A stretch of 64,000 nucleotides of DNA from positions 4,216,001 to 4,280,000 of the forward strand of contig NC_043002.1 of NCBI RefSeq assembly GCF_006345805.1. Direction: 5' to 3'. Source of the stretch: Octopus sinensis (taxonomy: Eukaryota). Under the pieces are notes generated by a model that was not told where the DNA came from, did no database searches, and was given only the letters and a program-made list of their open reading frames with translations. Positions 1 through 12,193 of this stretch are shown here, in pieces. The translations under genes were made by a program, and so were the position numbers. Position 1 is the first letter of the stretch. Every line of letters starts with the position of its first letter.

Positions 1-273
1 ATGTATAAACCTGATGTTCTTTCTGACTCGTAAGAGTATCAAATGATTTCTGAACCCACTTTTCGCCCACTTTGCGCCTGGAGCCTTGTATCTTCAGAGG
101 AAATCTAATGTTTGCCAGACAAGCTAGGTGAAATAGCTGGAATCTGGAAGCGAAGATGGGTCGAATCCGATATGCAATGAAAGACAAAAAAAAAACCATT
201 GAAAGGAAAGGGTCTTCGTTCCTAAAATAAAGTTTGAACGAAAAGAGAATCCAATAACAGACCAGTCACTAGA

Positions 274-346
274 TGCCGAAACCCGAGATTGAACCAGGGG
301 CCTTTAGATCTTCAGTATAACGCTCTCCCCACTGAGCCATTTCGGT
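274..346 (-). pseudogene. tRNA-Phe(GAA) probable pseudogene
   Basis: 73-nt copy of the neighbouring tRNA-Phe. It carries G1A (acceptor mismatch), an anticodon-stem mismatch (TTATA/TCTAA) and C61T in the B-box/T-stem; the GAA anticodon is retained. Confidence 0.78.
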
Positions 347-762
347 TGGCGGTAGCATCGCTCCAAACAATCAGTGTCGCGGTGTTTTAAGAAAAAACCA
401 GAAATGCAAATAGCGATGAAAAGTGAAAAAGTTCAAAGATTTCTTCTCAAGACGCAAGGCAAAAAAATGGAGTCGAAAATGGTTTTTGAGATTGTAATAC
501 AAGTCGGGAAGTGCATGAAGGCCATAAAGCAAATCGCGAAGAAGAAGAAGAAACATGTGAACTGAGACATAGAGTGGTAGAAAGTCGCAGAAAATTGATG
601 TTAATACTATTATCACAGTGTTTGAGACAGAATCTAGATGGAATAGCTAGAACGTGGGTCGAAAAAGTATCAATGAAACGATTAGTTATTCAGGTCAAAA
701 GCAAATTTCAAGCGAAAATAGAATAAGAATAAAAAAAAAAAAGATGCAGACCAGCCACCGGA

Positions 763-835
763 TGCCGAAACCCGGGATTGAACCAGGGACCTTTAGATCT
801 TCAGTCTAACGCTCTCCCAACTGAGCTATTTCGGC
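763..835 (-). tRNA. tRNA-Phe(GAA)
   Basis: The reverse complement reads GCCGAAATAGCTCAGTTGGGAGAGCGTTAGACTGAAGATCTAAAGGTCCCTGGTTCAATCCCGGGTTTCGGCA. The cloverleaf is intact, and an oligo-T Pol III terminator lies about 20 nt downstream (A-run 729-742). Confidence 0.97.
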
Positions 836-1290
836 TGGTGACTGCTTTTATCTAAACTTTCTATGTCAATCGTATTGTGTCTCACAGTACATTCTTGCCA
901 AAGACGTTTTGCTGTAGATAATGGCTTTTAACATCAGGCGACAAGCTGAGAGTACTTTAATCAATTAAACCCTACAGTTTCCAAGAGTACAACTGTATTC
1001 GTCTTTGCTTAGATGAAATGACAAAATTGTGGGTGTTAAGTCTCCATAGAGAAGTCTTTCTAACTTATAAGAAGATTAAATTTTATAAATATTACTTCAT
1101 TTGTGTCTAATATCTATGGTTAAAATTTCATCAACAGCAAAAATATATGAATTGTCATGGGGGTTGTGGCCCTTATGCATAGAATATAATTTCCAAATTT
1201 CATAAAGATCCATTCAGTACTTTTGACCTAGGTTTGGATCATAAAAGAAATGACTAAAATTTGGGAGTTAAGGCCCCCATTAGGGTGTTT

Positions 1291-1329
<39 letters not shown>

Positions 1330-1332
<3 letters not shown>

Positions 1333-1880
1333 AGTTAGTTAGTTAATTTGGCTTAAAAGCAAATAGCAAGGCCATGTAGGGGGACATGGAGTTAAGTACA
1401 GAGTGGTGTTCATGTAAAGAGTTCAGGCCACTTGAGGTCAAGGGAGGCTTTGAACAAAGCGGTCGTCGGCATTTTCACCATCTCGTCTGGCAGCTTGTTC
1501 CACGGATCCGCAACCCGGACGGAGAAAGCTCCTTTCCTTCGATTAAGATGAAATCGTCGCAGGTAGAGCTTTTCGGAATGACCCCGCAGCCGACGCTCTG
1601 GAGCAGGAGTGAAGAACAGCTCTTTCGAGAGGTTACACTTTCCGCTTATGATGTTGTGGGCGAGAATGAGATCACCACGGCGGCGGCGTTTTTCAAGAGA
1701 ATAAAGGTCGAGCGTCCTCAGCCTTTCTTCGTAGGACAAATTTTTGAGACCATGAACCATGCGGGTAGCCAGCTTCTGGACTCTTTCGAGATGCTGTATG
1801 TCTTTGAGGAGATAAGGAGAAGAGGCTTGAATCCCATACTCCAATATGGGGATGTAAATAAACGAACACCAGTTGTGAAG
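1330..1880 (-). mobile_element. CR1/L2-group LINE, 5'-truncated 3' end
   Basis: Open ORF2 C-terminus PILEYG..LERVQKLATRMV..RRRRGDLI..FSVRVADPWNKLP, followed by a 3' UTR and a (TAAC)n tail at 1330-1346. Confidence 0.9.
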
Positions 1881-1949
1881 CAGTGATGAGGAAGAAACAC
1901 AAAGACATACACATAGACTTACATATATACATACATATATATACAATTG

Positions 1950-2105
1950 ATTTCTTTCAGTTTCTGTCTACAAAATCCACTGACAAGGCTTTGGTTAGTC
2001 TGAGGCTATAGCAGAAGACACATGCCAAGTAACCACACAGTGGGACTGAACTGAGGACCATGTGTTTTGGAACCAAGTTTGTTACCATACACCCACACCT
2101 GCACC
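1950..2105 (-). mobile_element. SINE family B, 5' half (degenerate)
   Basis: Matches the 5' half of the full copies at 12194, 27534 and 63566 (ttctttcagtttc..caaggc..cagtgggactgaac). Confidence 0.75.
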
Positions 2106-2211
2106 TATATATGTGTGTGTGTGTGTGGGGGGGGGTATGTGTGTATGGGTGTATATATGTATGCATGTATATATGTGTATATATATGTGTAAATATTATA
2201 TGTACATCTCT

Positions 2212-2273
<62 letters not shown>

Positions 2274-2378
2274 CATCTACACATACATGTATACATATAC
2301 ATCTATATCTATAGAAATACATCTATACATATACAGCTAAACATATAGATGTATACATATACATGCATATATATATAC

Positions 2379-2449
<71 letters not shown>

Positions 2450-2507
2450 ATATATATATATTAATAAAAGGAGTTCTTCTATACACAATCACACACGCCC
2501 ATATATA

Positions 2508-2553
<46 letters not shown>

Positions 2554-3217
2554 TATATATAATACTACAAAATTAGAGAATGGAGAAACATACTTAAATC
2601 AATAAAACATCAACTATCCGATGATACCCAATCAATACTTTAATACACCATTACATATGAGTAGAGGCATTATACAAAAAGAGATATACAGTAATAGTAA
2701 AAAGATAAAGAGATATAAGTAAAAAATTTCAAATATAATATGCAATTAAATCAAAACTGACAGCTGTTTCGGCAGTGAGGGCAGTCATACCTCATTTAAC
2801 CTATAAGCCATAAAGGCAGGTATAAATGAGGCATTAACAAGGATGCCCCACGGCCTCTTCAGAGAATTAAATTAAATTTGTTATAATTGTGAAAAATATT
2901 ATATAATCATATACATATAAATATAAAAATATAAAAATGTAAAATATAAAAACTTATACATCATAATGCTACACTTATATAATATAATACACATTGGTAC
3001 AATAAAGGAAGGTAAACAGAACAAAATAAAACAAAATATATATCAGTGTATATATTAATATTAATAAGTACCGATATTATACATATTTGGCTAATAGTTT
3101 TTTTTAAAAAAAACCTAACACATAGGGAGATGAAAAATAATAATTAAAACCATGGTTCAGTTCATAAAATTCTAAAGCTATAAAAGTTAATAAAAATTAC
3201 TATTAATATTAATAATA

Positions 3218-3257
<40 letters not shown>

Positions 3258-3278
3258 AGATACAGTTAAGTTATATAT

Positions 3279-3312
<34 letters not shown>

Positions 3313-3314
3313 AT

Positions 3315-3348
<34 letters not shown>

Positions 3349-3397
3349 CATCTATATGTATACATCTATATATATATATATAACCCTTAATTGCTTA

Positions 3398-3461
<64 letters not shown>

Positions 3462-3475
3462 TTTATATATATATA

Positions 3476-3509
<34 letters not shown>

Positions 3510-3510
3510 T
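2105..3510. repeat. Compound (TG)n/(CT)n/(TA)n/(TAA)n microsatellite tracts
   Basis: Simple repeats visible directly, interrupted by AT-rich unique sequence at about 2560-3200. Confidence 0.9.
2745..2880 (-). ncRNA. Type I hammerhead ribozyme motif with extended stem II (Penelope-type)
   Basis: Minus strand reads CUGAAGA (2862-2856), then a long stem II closed by G-C, then GAAAC-AGCU-GUC (palindromic stem III). Predicted cleavage is between 2759 and 2758; stem I is weak and AU-rich. Confidence 0.65.
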
Positions 3511-3789
3511 TGTAAATTTAAATTTAAAATAATAAGAGTGAAAAATTGAATATTAATTTGATTAATATGAATTGAAAACCAGTGGTGTAGCATATAAGAC
3601 CATAGCGGATCTTCTTCTACCAAAATGGATGTCCACTGTTAATGGTTCATCCCTGTTATATAATAGTTCGACTTTAATTCTTTCAGTATTAAACTGAAAG
3701 CATCTGACATAACAATAGAGAGATGTTTTTGTTTCACTTTTGACACGTATTACTGAAATCGTGGAGAAGATATGATACTGTTGTGGGCT

Positions 3790-3952
3790 CGCACTGGGCA
3801 AGAAGTTAAAATTTTATTTTGCCCATGACACTACATGGACCCTAAGTAAGGTGTGCGTAAAATTTGAATGAAATTGTTTGTGTAGTTATCAAGTTTTAGG
3901 GATTCACACAGACAGACACACACATACACATTCTCAGTTTTATATATATAGA
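3790..3952 (-). mobile_element. Non-autonomous Helitron-like 5' end
   Basis: Minus strand begins A|TCTATATATATAAAACTGAGAATGTG..(TCTG)-like repeats, similar in style to the Helitron at 34887. No 3' CTAG end was identified. Confidence 0.5.
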
Positions 3953-4238
3953 TATAGATATATTTTCTTTTCTTTCTTTTGTTCTTACTCCCTCAGTTGT
4001 CAAGAAAAGGAGTGAAGAGACAGAGACAGAGAAATGAAAATCTCAGCATCATTTAAAATCAAAATTAACATTTAAGTATGATCGATATTTTCGATTTTCT
4101 TTCCTCTTAACAATGGAGAGATTAAGAAGGAAAGAAACTATTGATAGGAGGAGGGAAAGTCTCTTACGAGTGAAGGTTTCCATTCTGGGAGTTTTAGAAA
4201 GACTTTGTGTTATTTCTCCACACACACACGCACGCACG

Positions 4239-4273
<35 letters not shown>

Positions 4274-4772
4274 CCTTTTCCCCTTCCTCCAGTATTTATT
4301 CGCCTTGTTCTCCTTGTTCTCCATATTGTCACATTTAACCTTTTCTCTGGAAACTACTTCGAAGCCCCTGTGGGTTTACTTTTTGTGATTTTTTTGGTGG
4401 ATGCGAATGCGGGATTCTGGACTCCAGAGCCAGAGCTGAAGACACCTCCGAAAGGGGGGGGGGAGGTCCCCCGCCACGTCAAAACGGTAGAGGAGTAGGG
4501 GCCGAAACCGGACGTGGTTCCTCCTGATGATGTCTTCAGCTAACTGGACCCTATAAAGGAGCTGTTGTGGCAGCAGAGCACGAAACACGGTTGTAATTCC
4601 TCAAGTTGCTCATCACTTTAGAATGACTTAGGATATATTTCCAATCTAGAATCGAAGATGGATCGAATCAGATATGAAATGAATGAGGAGAAAAAAATCA
4701 GCGAAAGAAATAGTTCTTCATGGATAAAATGAATTTTGAATGTACGAAAAACGAAGCTGGCCAGCGACCAGC

Positions 4773-4825
4773 TGCCGAAAACCAGCATCTTCGGTCTAAT
4801 GCTCTGTCAACTGAGCTATTTCGGA
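4773..4825 (-). pseudogene. tRNA-Phe pseudogene with internal deletion
   Basis: The reverse complement TCCGAAATAGCTCAGTTGACAGAGCATTAGACCGAAGATGCTGGTTTTCGGCA keeps the acceptor ends and D-arm but lacks about 20 nt of the variable and T arms. Confidence 0.8.
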
Positions 4826-5088
4826 TGTTGAGCATTGTATATCAATCACGTTATTTCTAGTCCTGCCAAAGACTTCCTTACTGTAGATGTTGTATTCTTG
4901 ACATAAAACGGTAAATTGGAGGGGGGGGGAGACTTTAAAGAATTATTTTCAACTCAAAGCTGAAGCTCTGCGCATCTTATTGACCTCTCTCTCCCCCACT
5001 TTTTTTCTCTCTCTCTCTCACATACGCAAACACACACTTAATATACAATACACATGGTATGTATTGTTTTACGCGATCACATTCGTCA

Positions 5089-5161
5089 GCCGAAATAGCT
5101 CAGTTGGGAGAGCGTTAGACTGAAGATCTAAAGGTCCCTGGTTCGATCCCGGGTTTCGGCA
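5089..5161 (+). tRNA. tRNA-Phe(GAA)
   Basis: Canonical 73-nt eukaryotic tRNA-Phe (B-box GGTTCGATCCC), with a T-run terminator at about 5182-5191. Confidence 0.98.
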
Positions 5162-6097
5162 TATATTGACGGATCTAGTCATTTTTTTTTTCTTTTCATT
5201 CAAATTTCATTTTAAGCATGAAGAACTATTCCTTTGCCTGCGCGGCCGTGACGACACCGAAGCACCTACCTTCCGCGGTCGACCGCGGGATTTTTTTTCC
5301 TTCTCTCTCTCGGAGCCAATCCTTCTTCCGAAGGTACGGATCCATTTTGCCGACTTTCCCCTCCATTTTAAGACGGATTCGACGCATCTTCGATCCCAAA
5401 TTCCAGTCACTTCTTCAAACCTCAAACTTCTCTATCGTGCACTGAATTTATATTGCATAAATTTTCAGCAACATTCTTCCATTTTATGTAGACCTCATGT
5501 ACGACGTGTAGACTTGTATTACAGTCTCAAAAACGATTTCTGACTCGTTCTTTCGCCCATTTTTGTACCATATGCCTTCTATCTTCAGCGGAAATCCTTG
5601 GATTTTTCCACTGGTCAACTAATTTCTGTTTCCGTTTATATTTTATTTTAGGCATGAGTTCTTTTCAGTTATTATCTCTTTCTTCTTTCTCTTCATTTTA
5701 CATTCCATCCGTCTTCGATTGCAGGTTCCAACTATTTCACATAGCTTGTCTATCAAAGCCCATGTTTTTAAAATTATGTTACATAAATTTTTGCGTGTTT
5801 CTTCCATTTTATGGACAAATCTTATGTTCTTCATGACTTGTATTGCAATCTCAAACGATTTCTGACTCCACCTTCCTTCCGCTTTTCGCCAGAAGCCGTG
5901 CGTCTGCACAGGAAATCCTCGAACTTGTTCACTTTTCATCCATTATTAAAATTTGTTTTTTGCCTTCAGGACAACGATCAATACTGCAGTATTGAATGAA
6001 ACTTCTTCCATTCCACACACACACACGCCCACAAAAGTATTTAAAAACAATAGTAGAACCGTATTTGCCCCGTCGACACGCAACTTAGAACGACATA

Positions 6098-6531
6098 ATT
6101 AGAAGGGTTTTCAACGTGGCTGGCTTCCAGTCACAACTGGAGCCAGTAGGTCTTGACCGCGGGGATGGTAAGCGTCTCTTCCCATACGAGGCGAGATAGA
6201 TTCCTAATCAGGGATGCGGTGTGCCTCGACACGTTCTTCAGCTTCAAACTTGCTACATCGGACACAAACCTGGGTATCGTTGCTCGTAACGCAAAGGGAG
6301 AGGAAGATAAACAAATTCGGGAGCCTGACGGGTGGATATCATTTTGTGCCGGTTGACGACGTGATTTCAGGTCTTCTCAGACCTTGCACGGCTGATTTCC
6401 TCTTCCAAATCGGGATAACTGCGGCCTGTCTGAGAAATGATCCCCGCAAGGTGGGGTGGTTGTTGCAGCGAGTGTCACTGGCCATTTTCCGCGGTAACGC
6501 CATTGCTGCAATGTCCGCGAGGCGCCGCTGA
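6098..6531 (+). mobile_element. CRE-clade (RLE-type) non-LTR retrotransposon, 3' fragment
   Basis: The frameshifted translation gives LEPVGLDRGDGKR..DA(V)C.DTF..GYHFVPV..LLQRVSLAIFRGNA, matching the restriction-like endonuclease C-terminus of CRE elements. Confidence 0.75.
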
Positions 6532-7029
6532 ACACGCCATTTCGCATGCGGTATGCAACCGGTCGCTCCCTCTCCTCCCATCTTCTGCTCCTTGTTTTTC
6601 TTTTTCTTTGTTTCCTAGATGAGATTGATATGTTTTTTTTCTCTCGATTATTTGATCTTTTTATACTGGGTCGATTCATTGACTAAAAATTCTTGGAGGT
6701 GGTGCCCCAGCATGACCGTAAAAAAGTAAAAGATAAAAGAGTCCTTAAACATGTCGCTTTATGTTAAAAATTCAGAATCTGTGATAAAAAAAGTCTTTCG
6801 CAAAAAGTAAATAATCTATGATTCTTTTGAAACGAACTTAATGTGAAGTGAATATCCTAGTGCACTTTTGGGGTGCACAAAGCAATCACTCACTAGCCGT
6901 TGCTTTAATAATCCAGAATTCTACTAGTCAGAAACAACAGGACGCAGACGTAAAATATACATATAACTACTTTATTCTCTTTCTTGGTAAACAATAACAA
7001 TAAGTGTGTTATCTGATGTCCTAGGTTCG

Positions 7030-7430
7030 GGCGCGCACCGCTATAAGTTAATAGATTGTAATATTTACAATGTCCAGCCCAAAAACAGAAAGGGGTCAAA
7101 ATGGCGTCGAACAGGAAAGTTGAAATGTGGTCGACAACAATTTGGTTAAAGGTATTTCGGCCGACTGCTGCTAGAATCAAGCCCTGACGGAGAGAGAATA
7201 TACGCGTGACCGTCGCCTTCAATCGCTGGTTCCCAAGTCATTGGCTGCTGCTGCTAGCGGTCAAACGTTCTACGACCCCTTTGCCTCGCTAACTGCTACG
7301 TAGGCAATAGGGTCGTGCTACCGGTGGTTCGCGCATGCGCGAGAGGGCCCTTCCTTTCTGTGCCTTGGTGAAGGCACCAACACGCGCGAAATACAAATGG
7401 TCGGTGCGCGAGCGCGCGTTATAATATCAC
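7030..7430. promoter_or_regulatory. CpG-rich promoter-like island
   Basis: Local CpG enrichment with a YY1-like AAAATGGCG (7098-7106), a CCAAT box on the minus strand (7240-7244) and an NRF1-like palindrome TCGCGCATGCGCGA (7329-7342). Confidence 0.35.
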
Positions 7431-7439
7431 TACACTTTT

Positions 7440-7620
7440 TACTCTAGGCACAAAGCCTGAAATTCTGGGGGAGGGGGACTAGTCGATTACATCGACCCAG
7501 AAAGGATAAAAGCCAAAGTCGACCTCGGCAGAATTTGAATTCCGTAGCGGAAGAGACGAACTACTGTAAAGCATTTCGCCCAGCGTGCTAACGATTCTGC
7601 CAGGTGGCCACTTTATGTCT
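7440..7620 (-). mobile_element. SINE family A
   Basis: Core aaagtcgacctcggcagaatttgaa, a tRNA-like head and the cccctccccc tail. Confidence 0.8.
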
Positions 7621-7979
7621 GATATTCTCTTCAGGAATTGCATTACAACCTCAAACAATTTCTAACTCCACCTCTCATCTTGTTCCGAGGAAACATTTGA
7701 CTCTGTTTACTTTCTCTTCACTATTTGCAGTTTTATTAGAGACAACAGATCTTTTGGTTTTACTCTCATTTCTTCTTGCATAATTGTTTAAAATGTCATT
7801 TCTTGTCTCTTCTTGTCATCTTGACTTAAGTCGCGCCCCGAAATTGTCACCTCGGCGATATCTACCTATGAGACATGATGTTGTGGCTAGAATCAAATGG
7901 AACACAGAACAATCCCGAGTATAGAAATCAAATATCCGACAGTGAGATAGAGGGCATAAATCACTCGTAAATTAAAAGA

Positions 7980-8480
7980 ATAAAGGTGAAAACATTCCAA
8001 TCAAGACGCCAATGAAATCCCCCCAAAACAGGCCAAATGTAATTATCCGAGTCAGATTATTATGTCTGCCTCGCAAAACTGGACGAGAAAATTATGCGGT
8101 TAGTAAAAATCAGATATTCTGAATTTTGTGAACTTAATGTCAAAGATTAGTGAAAAAAAGAAAAAAAAAAATCTGCGCCGAAATGATGATAATTCTCCTC
8201 ATAATTATTGGAGCACCCGGTGATGAGACGAACCGTCTCAGTACCAATTTTGAGCAGCTGGGTTTCACAAAACCAGAAAAAAAAACTAGCTAAATCAAGA
8301 GATTACAGCTACAAGCTATTAAAAACACTGTGAAAATATGTAAAACATTCAGAAAGTTTAGCATACATTATGATCTACAAATGGAATAACATCTGTATCA
8401 GTACCCATCTGTGTGTGTGCTCAAATATACGTATATTCATACGTGTACATGCATATATTTGAGTGTCCATGCATACATAT
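7980..8480. repeat. Diverged repeat, copy 1 (copy 2 at about 10120-10620)
   Basis: Shared blocks such as tcaagacg.caat.aaat, gtaccaattt..ctgggtttc.caaaacca and gagattacagctacaagctattaaa.acactgtgaaaat.tgtaaaaca. Confidence 0.7.
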
Positions 8481-9106
8481 GTACATTCTTAAATGCATTT
8501 GACACCGCTACGATAAACTCCCATTTCCCCTAGAGGTGTCGTATGAAATTGTCACCCATAATTATAACCCTAATATCGATCTATTGCATTTCAATCTATT
8601 TCAGATTTAGGGTTAGAGTTAGGGGTGGGGAAGGGTATCTTTTTTTCTTCACAAATGTAAATAAACCCAATCTGTTTCTTAAACGAGGGACATATTCATA
8701 CTGCACGGAATGTTTTCACCTCAATATACGGTCATTGATTGGTTAAAATTGCCGGAATGCAAGAAATTAAAGACGAAATATGTTACAAACTATAGAATTT
8801 TCTCAATAAAGCCAAGAGAAAAAGATGTTTTATAGACACATTCTACCAGTATACGAAGTTTAAAATTTTTTAGTTACCTAGAAATTATGTTAAAAACTGC
8901 CGTTCAAACCGAAAAGATCCTTATTGTATTATATAGCATCAATTTTCTGCGAACTTCTTCCATTTAATATCTAATGTCATGCTCTTTCTTCACGACCTGC
9001 TTTACAGCCTCAAAAAATTTATAACTTCTTTCATTTTTCTACCGACAAAACCTTTGACTATTTACTTCCTGCCCTTTTGCAGTTTTTCCATTCTTTAATA
9101 TCTAAG

Positions 9107-9448
9107 GTAAAGACCCCCTTCGGTCATGAATGACCATGGGATTGCACCTAGAAAGTTACCCTCCTAGACACAAGTCCGGGCAAGGTTGTTTATGGAAGAC
9201 CAGCAGTCGCCCATGCATACCAGCCTCCCCTCTCCACGCCACCAGTGTTATCCAAGGGAAAGGCAAAAGGGGCCGATACAGCTTGGCACCTGTGACGTTG
9301 CAACTCATTTCTACAGCTGAGTGAACTGGAGCAACGTGAAATAAAGCGCCTTGCTCAAGAACACAACACGCAGCCCGATCCGGGATTCGAGCTCACAACC
9401 TCACGATCGTAAGCTCGACGCTCTAACCACTGAGCCATGCGCCTTCAC
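9107..9448 (-). mobile_element. SINE family C (tRNA head plus Meta/CORE-like core)
   Basis: Head GTGAAGGCGCATGGCTCAGTGGTTAGAGCG..TCGAATCCC, then TTCTTGAGCAAG..CACTCAGCTGTAGAAATGAG. A second copy lies at 38123-38468. Confidence 0.85.
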
Positions 9449-9782
9449 TGAGCCATGCGCCTTTAATATCTAAACCAGCTATTATATCTAGCCAAAATAT
9501 TTTACTTGTCCAGGTGAAAGATGGCAACGCTTTCCAACGTCTTTATTCTACCTGTTTTGCTTTCAAACCAGCCAGCTGATTTTAGCTGGTAGCGCTGACT
9601 AGTGACGATGGTGGAATTAAAGAAATATGTCATAGCGAAGTAATTGATTAAAGTGACCATAAATTTGTCGCTTTGTATTAAAAATCCAATATCTGTATTA
9701 GAATGTCTTTAGCAAGAAAATAAATAATCTATTTGAGAGACAATACAAGTGACATTAATAGTTTAGAGTCAAAATATCACCA

Positions 9783-9855
9783 GCCGAAATAGCTCAGTTG
9801 GGAGAGCGTTAGACTGAAGATCTAAAGGTCCCTGGTTCAATCCCGGGTTTCGGCA
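9783..9855 (+). tRNA. tRNA-Phe(GAA)
   Basis: Identical to the 763-835 copy and shares its 3' trailer TCCGGTGGCTGGTCTGC; TTTT at 9876-9879. Confidence 0.97.
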
Positions 9856-10900
9856 TCCGGTGGCTGGTCTGCTTATTTTCTTTTTTGTATTCTTTTTTTT
9901 TTCTTTGGAATCTTGCTTTATTCCCGAAGAACTATTCCTTTCATCAATTTATTTTCGTTCATTTCATCCCGAATTTGACTCACACTTCATTCCATGTCCC
10001 AGTTATACCACCTGGATTTTCTTGATTTATAATGGATTTATAATGTTATATCAATTTACAGTGACTTTCTACCATTTTATGCCGAACCTCATTTTCTCAA
10101 ACATAGTATGTGAGAATGCTAGTGAAATATTCCTGTCAAGACGTCAATAAAATGCAAGAACAACACGCCAGACATAATGATCAGGGACTATTTATTATGC
10201 TCATCCTACTATCTTCGCAATTTGTTGAAATTTTGATGAGAAAACTTTGTAGATTAGTTGAAATTAGATGCCTCATAAATATCAACATACTGTTAAAGAT
10301 TGGTAGCAAAGAAAACATCTGTACCGAACCGATGAGAAATCCATACTAACAGCTTTAGATTCCTCCTTGGAGCATTTGGTAATTTGACGAACTGCCTCGG
10401 TACCAATTTCAAGAATCTGGGTTTCTCAAAACCAAAAAGAACTCACGAGATTACAGCTACAAGCTATTAAAGACACTGTGAAAATGTGTAAAACATGGGA
10501 AATGTTTAGCATATATTATGATCAACATATGCACTCAAGTGTTCGTGTGTCTAAACATGTATATTTATACGCGTACATGCACATTTGTGTGTATGCATAC
10601 ATGTAAACGTACATTCATAAATACACGCACACAAGACACCCCAGTTGATGTTAAGTAGTTCGTTCTCCATTGATGAGTAATTCGAAAAATAATCCAGATA
10701 ACCACACGAACATATAGAGTTGACCGAAGATTACGAACGGAAAACTCGGAGTAACGATTTCCGAAGTATTTGGTTTTTGAGAGTAAAATGTACAGAGTAC
10801 TCTTTACTCTTTGTTTTTCACTCACACAAAATAAAACGAGCAACATAACTGCAGTGAGAGTGTGTGTCTCTCTCTTCCTCTCTCTCTTACACACCTCTTT

Positions 10901-10974
<74 letters not shown>

Positions 10975-11400
10975 ACTCGCGCGTGCGTAGAATTAAAAAA
11001 GTGTGAGAGTTTGTCGTATGACTATTTTTATTGTTATCAGCCAGCGAGCACTGAATTGTGAGTACTTGTTTATTTCGGATATCTTTTGTTATACCTGGAG
11101 CAGCTATAGAAATAACTTCTGTGAATTCCCGCCAATTCTTCCGTAAGAAATCCATTTCTCTATTGTCCACCGGGGACTAAACATAGAGGAGAGAAACAAG
11201 GAGAGACAAAGAAATTGCAAGAGAAGAGAGACATCCATTGGTCACAAGTTAGTAGACACTGTGAGACTAATTGTCAACGACCCAGCCTGATCCAAGTCCC
11301 CTGAACTACGAAAAAGAGTAACCCCTAAATTACACAATTTCAATTCAAAAAGGGTTTGGATACATGGAATATACGCTCTTCGGTATACAAAAAGACATGT

Positions 11401-11688
11401 GGTACTACTTGAGAACAGTGGTCCCGGTGCGCGCACTCGCGTACTTGCGCAGCCGAGCTAGCTAGTCATGACTAGTCGATCCTTACTTTGTGTTTTTGTG
11501 TGTTGTTTACTTTCTTTAAAAAATTATTTACTTTGTATTTTATTTACTTTGTTTAACAAAAATTATTAATTTTGTGTTTTATTTATTTTGCTAGGTACTC
11601 GTTGTAGGATCGACTAGTCACGACTAGCTAGCGCGGATGCGCGACTACGCGAGTGCGCGCACCGGGACCACTGTTCTCAAGTAGTACC
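11401..11688. mobile_element. Mutator-type MITE
   Basis: About 80-bp imperfect TIRs starting GGTACTACTTGAGAACAGTGGTCCCGGTGCGCGCACTCGCGTA, with a 9-bp TSD AAGACATGT/AAGGCATGT. Confidence 0.85.
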
Positions 11689-12193
11689 AAGGCATGTTTT
11701 ATCGCATCGAGTTCAACAACCACAGCTCTTACTCTGCGAAAGTAACGAACGGAGCAGGTGGCAGCTTGACCTGTTAGAAACAGCAGCCAAATCTTACACA
11801 AATCATATCCTTCCGTCTTGAAAATGAAGAAGCACCCATTAGATGCAGTAGTCCTAGGTGTACCCATATTCGTAAAAGTAAATAAAAGTGACGGGGTCGA
11901 TCAAGCTGGAATACCTTCAAAATCGAACATTGAACGGGAAGTATCGGAGTTACTATTTAAAAAAAGCGTAGATATCAAATTGAATTTATATTCTATTTCT
12001 GTGTACAATAATAGGTGTTCATTATCTTTTAATTTTAATTATATTATTTTACAGATGATGTTCTTCACAGTTTTTATTTACACTGTTTTAAATAGTCTTC
12101 GAATTAATGTTTTGCTTTATATAAACATATTAATCTGTTCGCCAACAATTTAATTACAATACAGATAATTACATTTGTATATTTTGGTTGTTA

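Noticed and set aside
4360-4600. Hammerhead-like words (CTGAAGA, CTGATGA, GAAAC) and an 11-bp inverted repeat
   Set aside because: Stems I and II cannot be closed at the required positions in either pairing. At most a decayed TE terminus.
8221-8240. TGATGAGACG-AAC-CGTCTCA hairpin resembling a hammerhead core
   Set aside because: No GAAA follows the stem, and the paralogous site at ~10380 does not conserve it.
8535-8912. TAACCCTAA / TTAGGGTTAG as telomerase RNA template or interstitial telomere
   Set aside because: Only 1-2 units are present, embedded in what looks like a non-autonomous TE; there is no supporting structure.
9370-9448. tRNA-like heads of SINE families (also at ~14900, ~27540, ~47470, ~63570)
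   Set aside because: They lack an acceptor stem and continue into SINE bodies, so they are not tRNA genes.
10565-11170. 201-aa minus-strand ORF
   Set aside because: The frame is held open by (CA)n and (GA)n repeats, and no domain is recognisable.
11690-11990. GTPase-like motifs (VPIFVKVNKSD on plus; KIW..GQ..RYFRR on minus)
   Set aside because: The motifs lie on opposite strands with no P-loop and no convincing splice context; probably coincidental.
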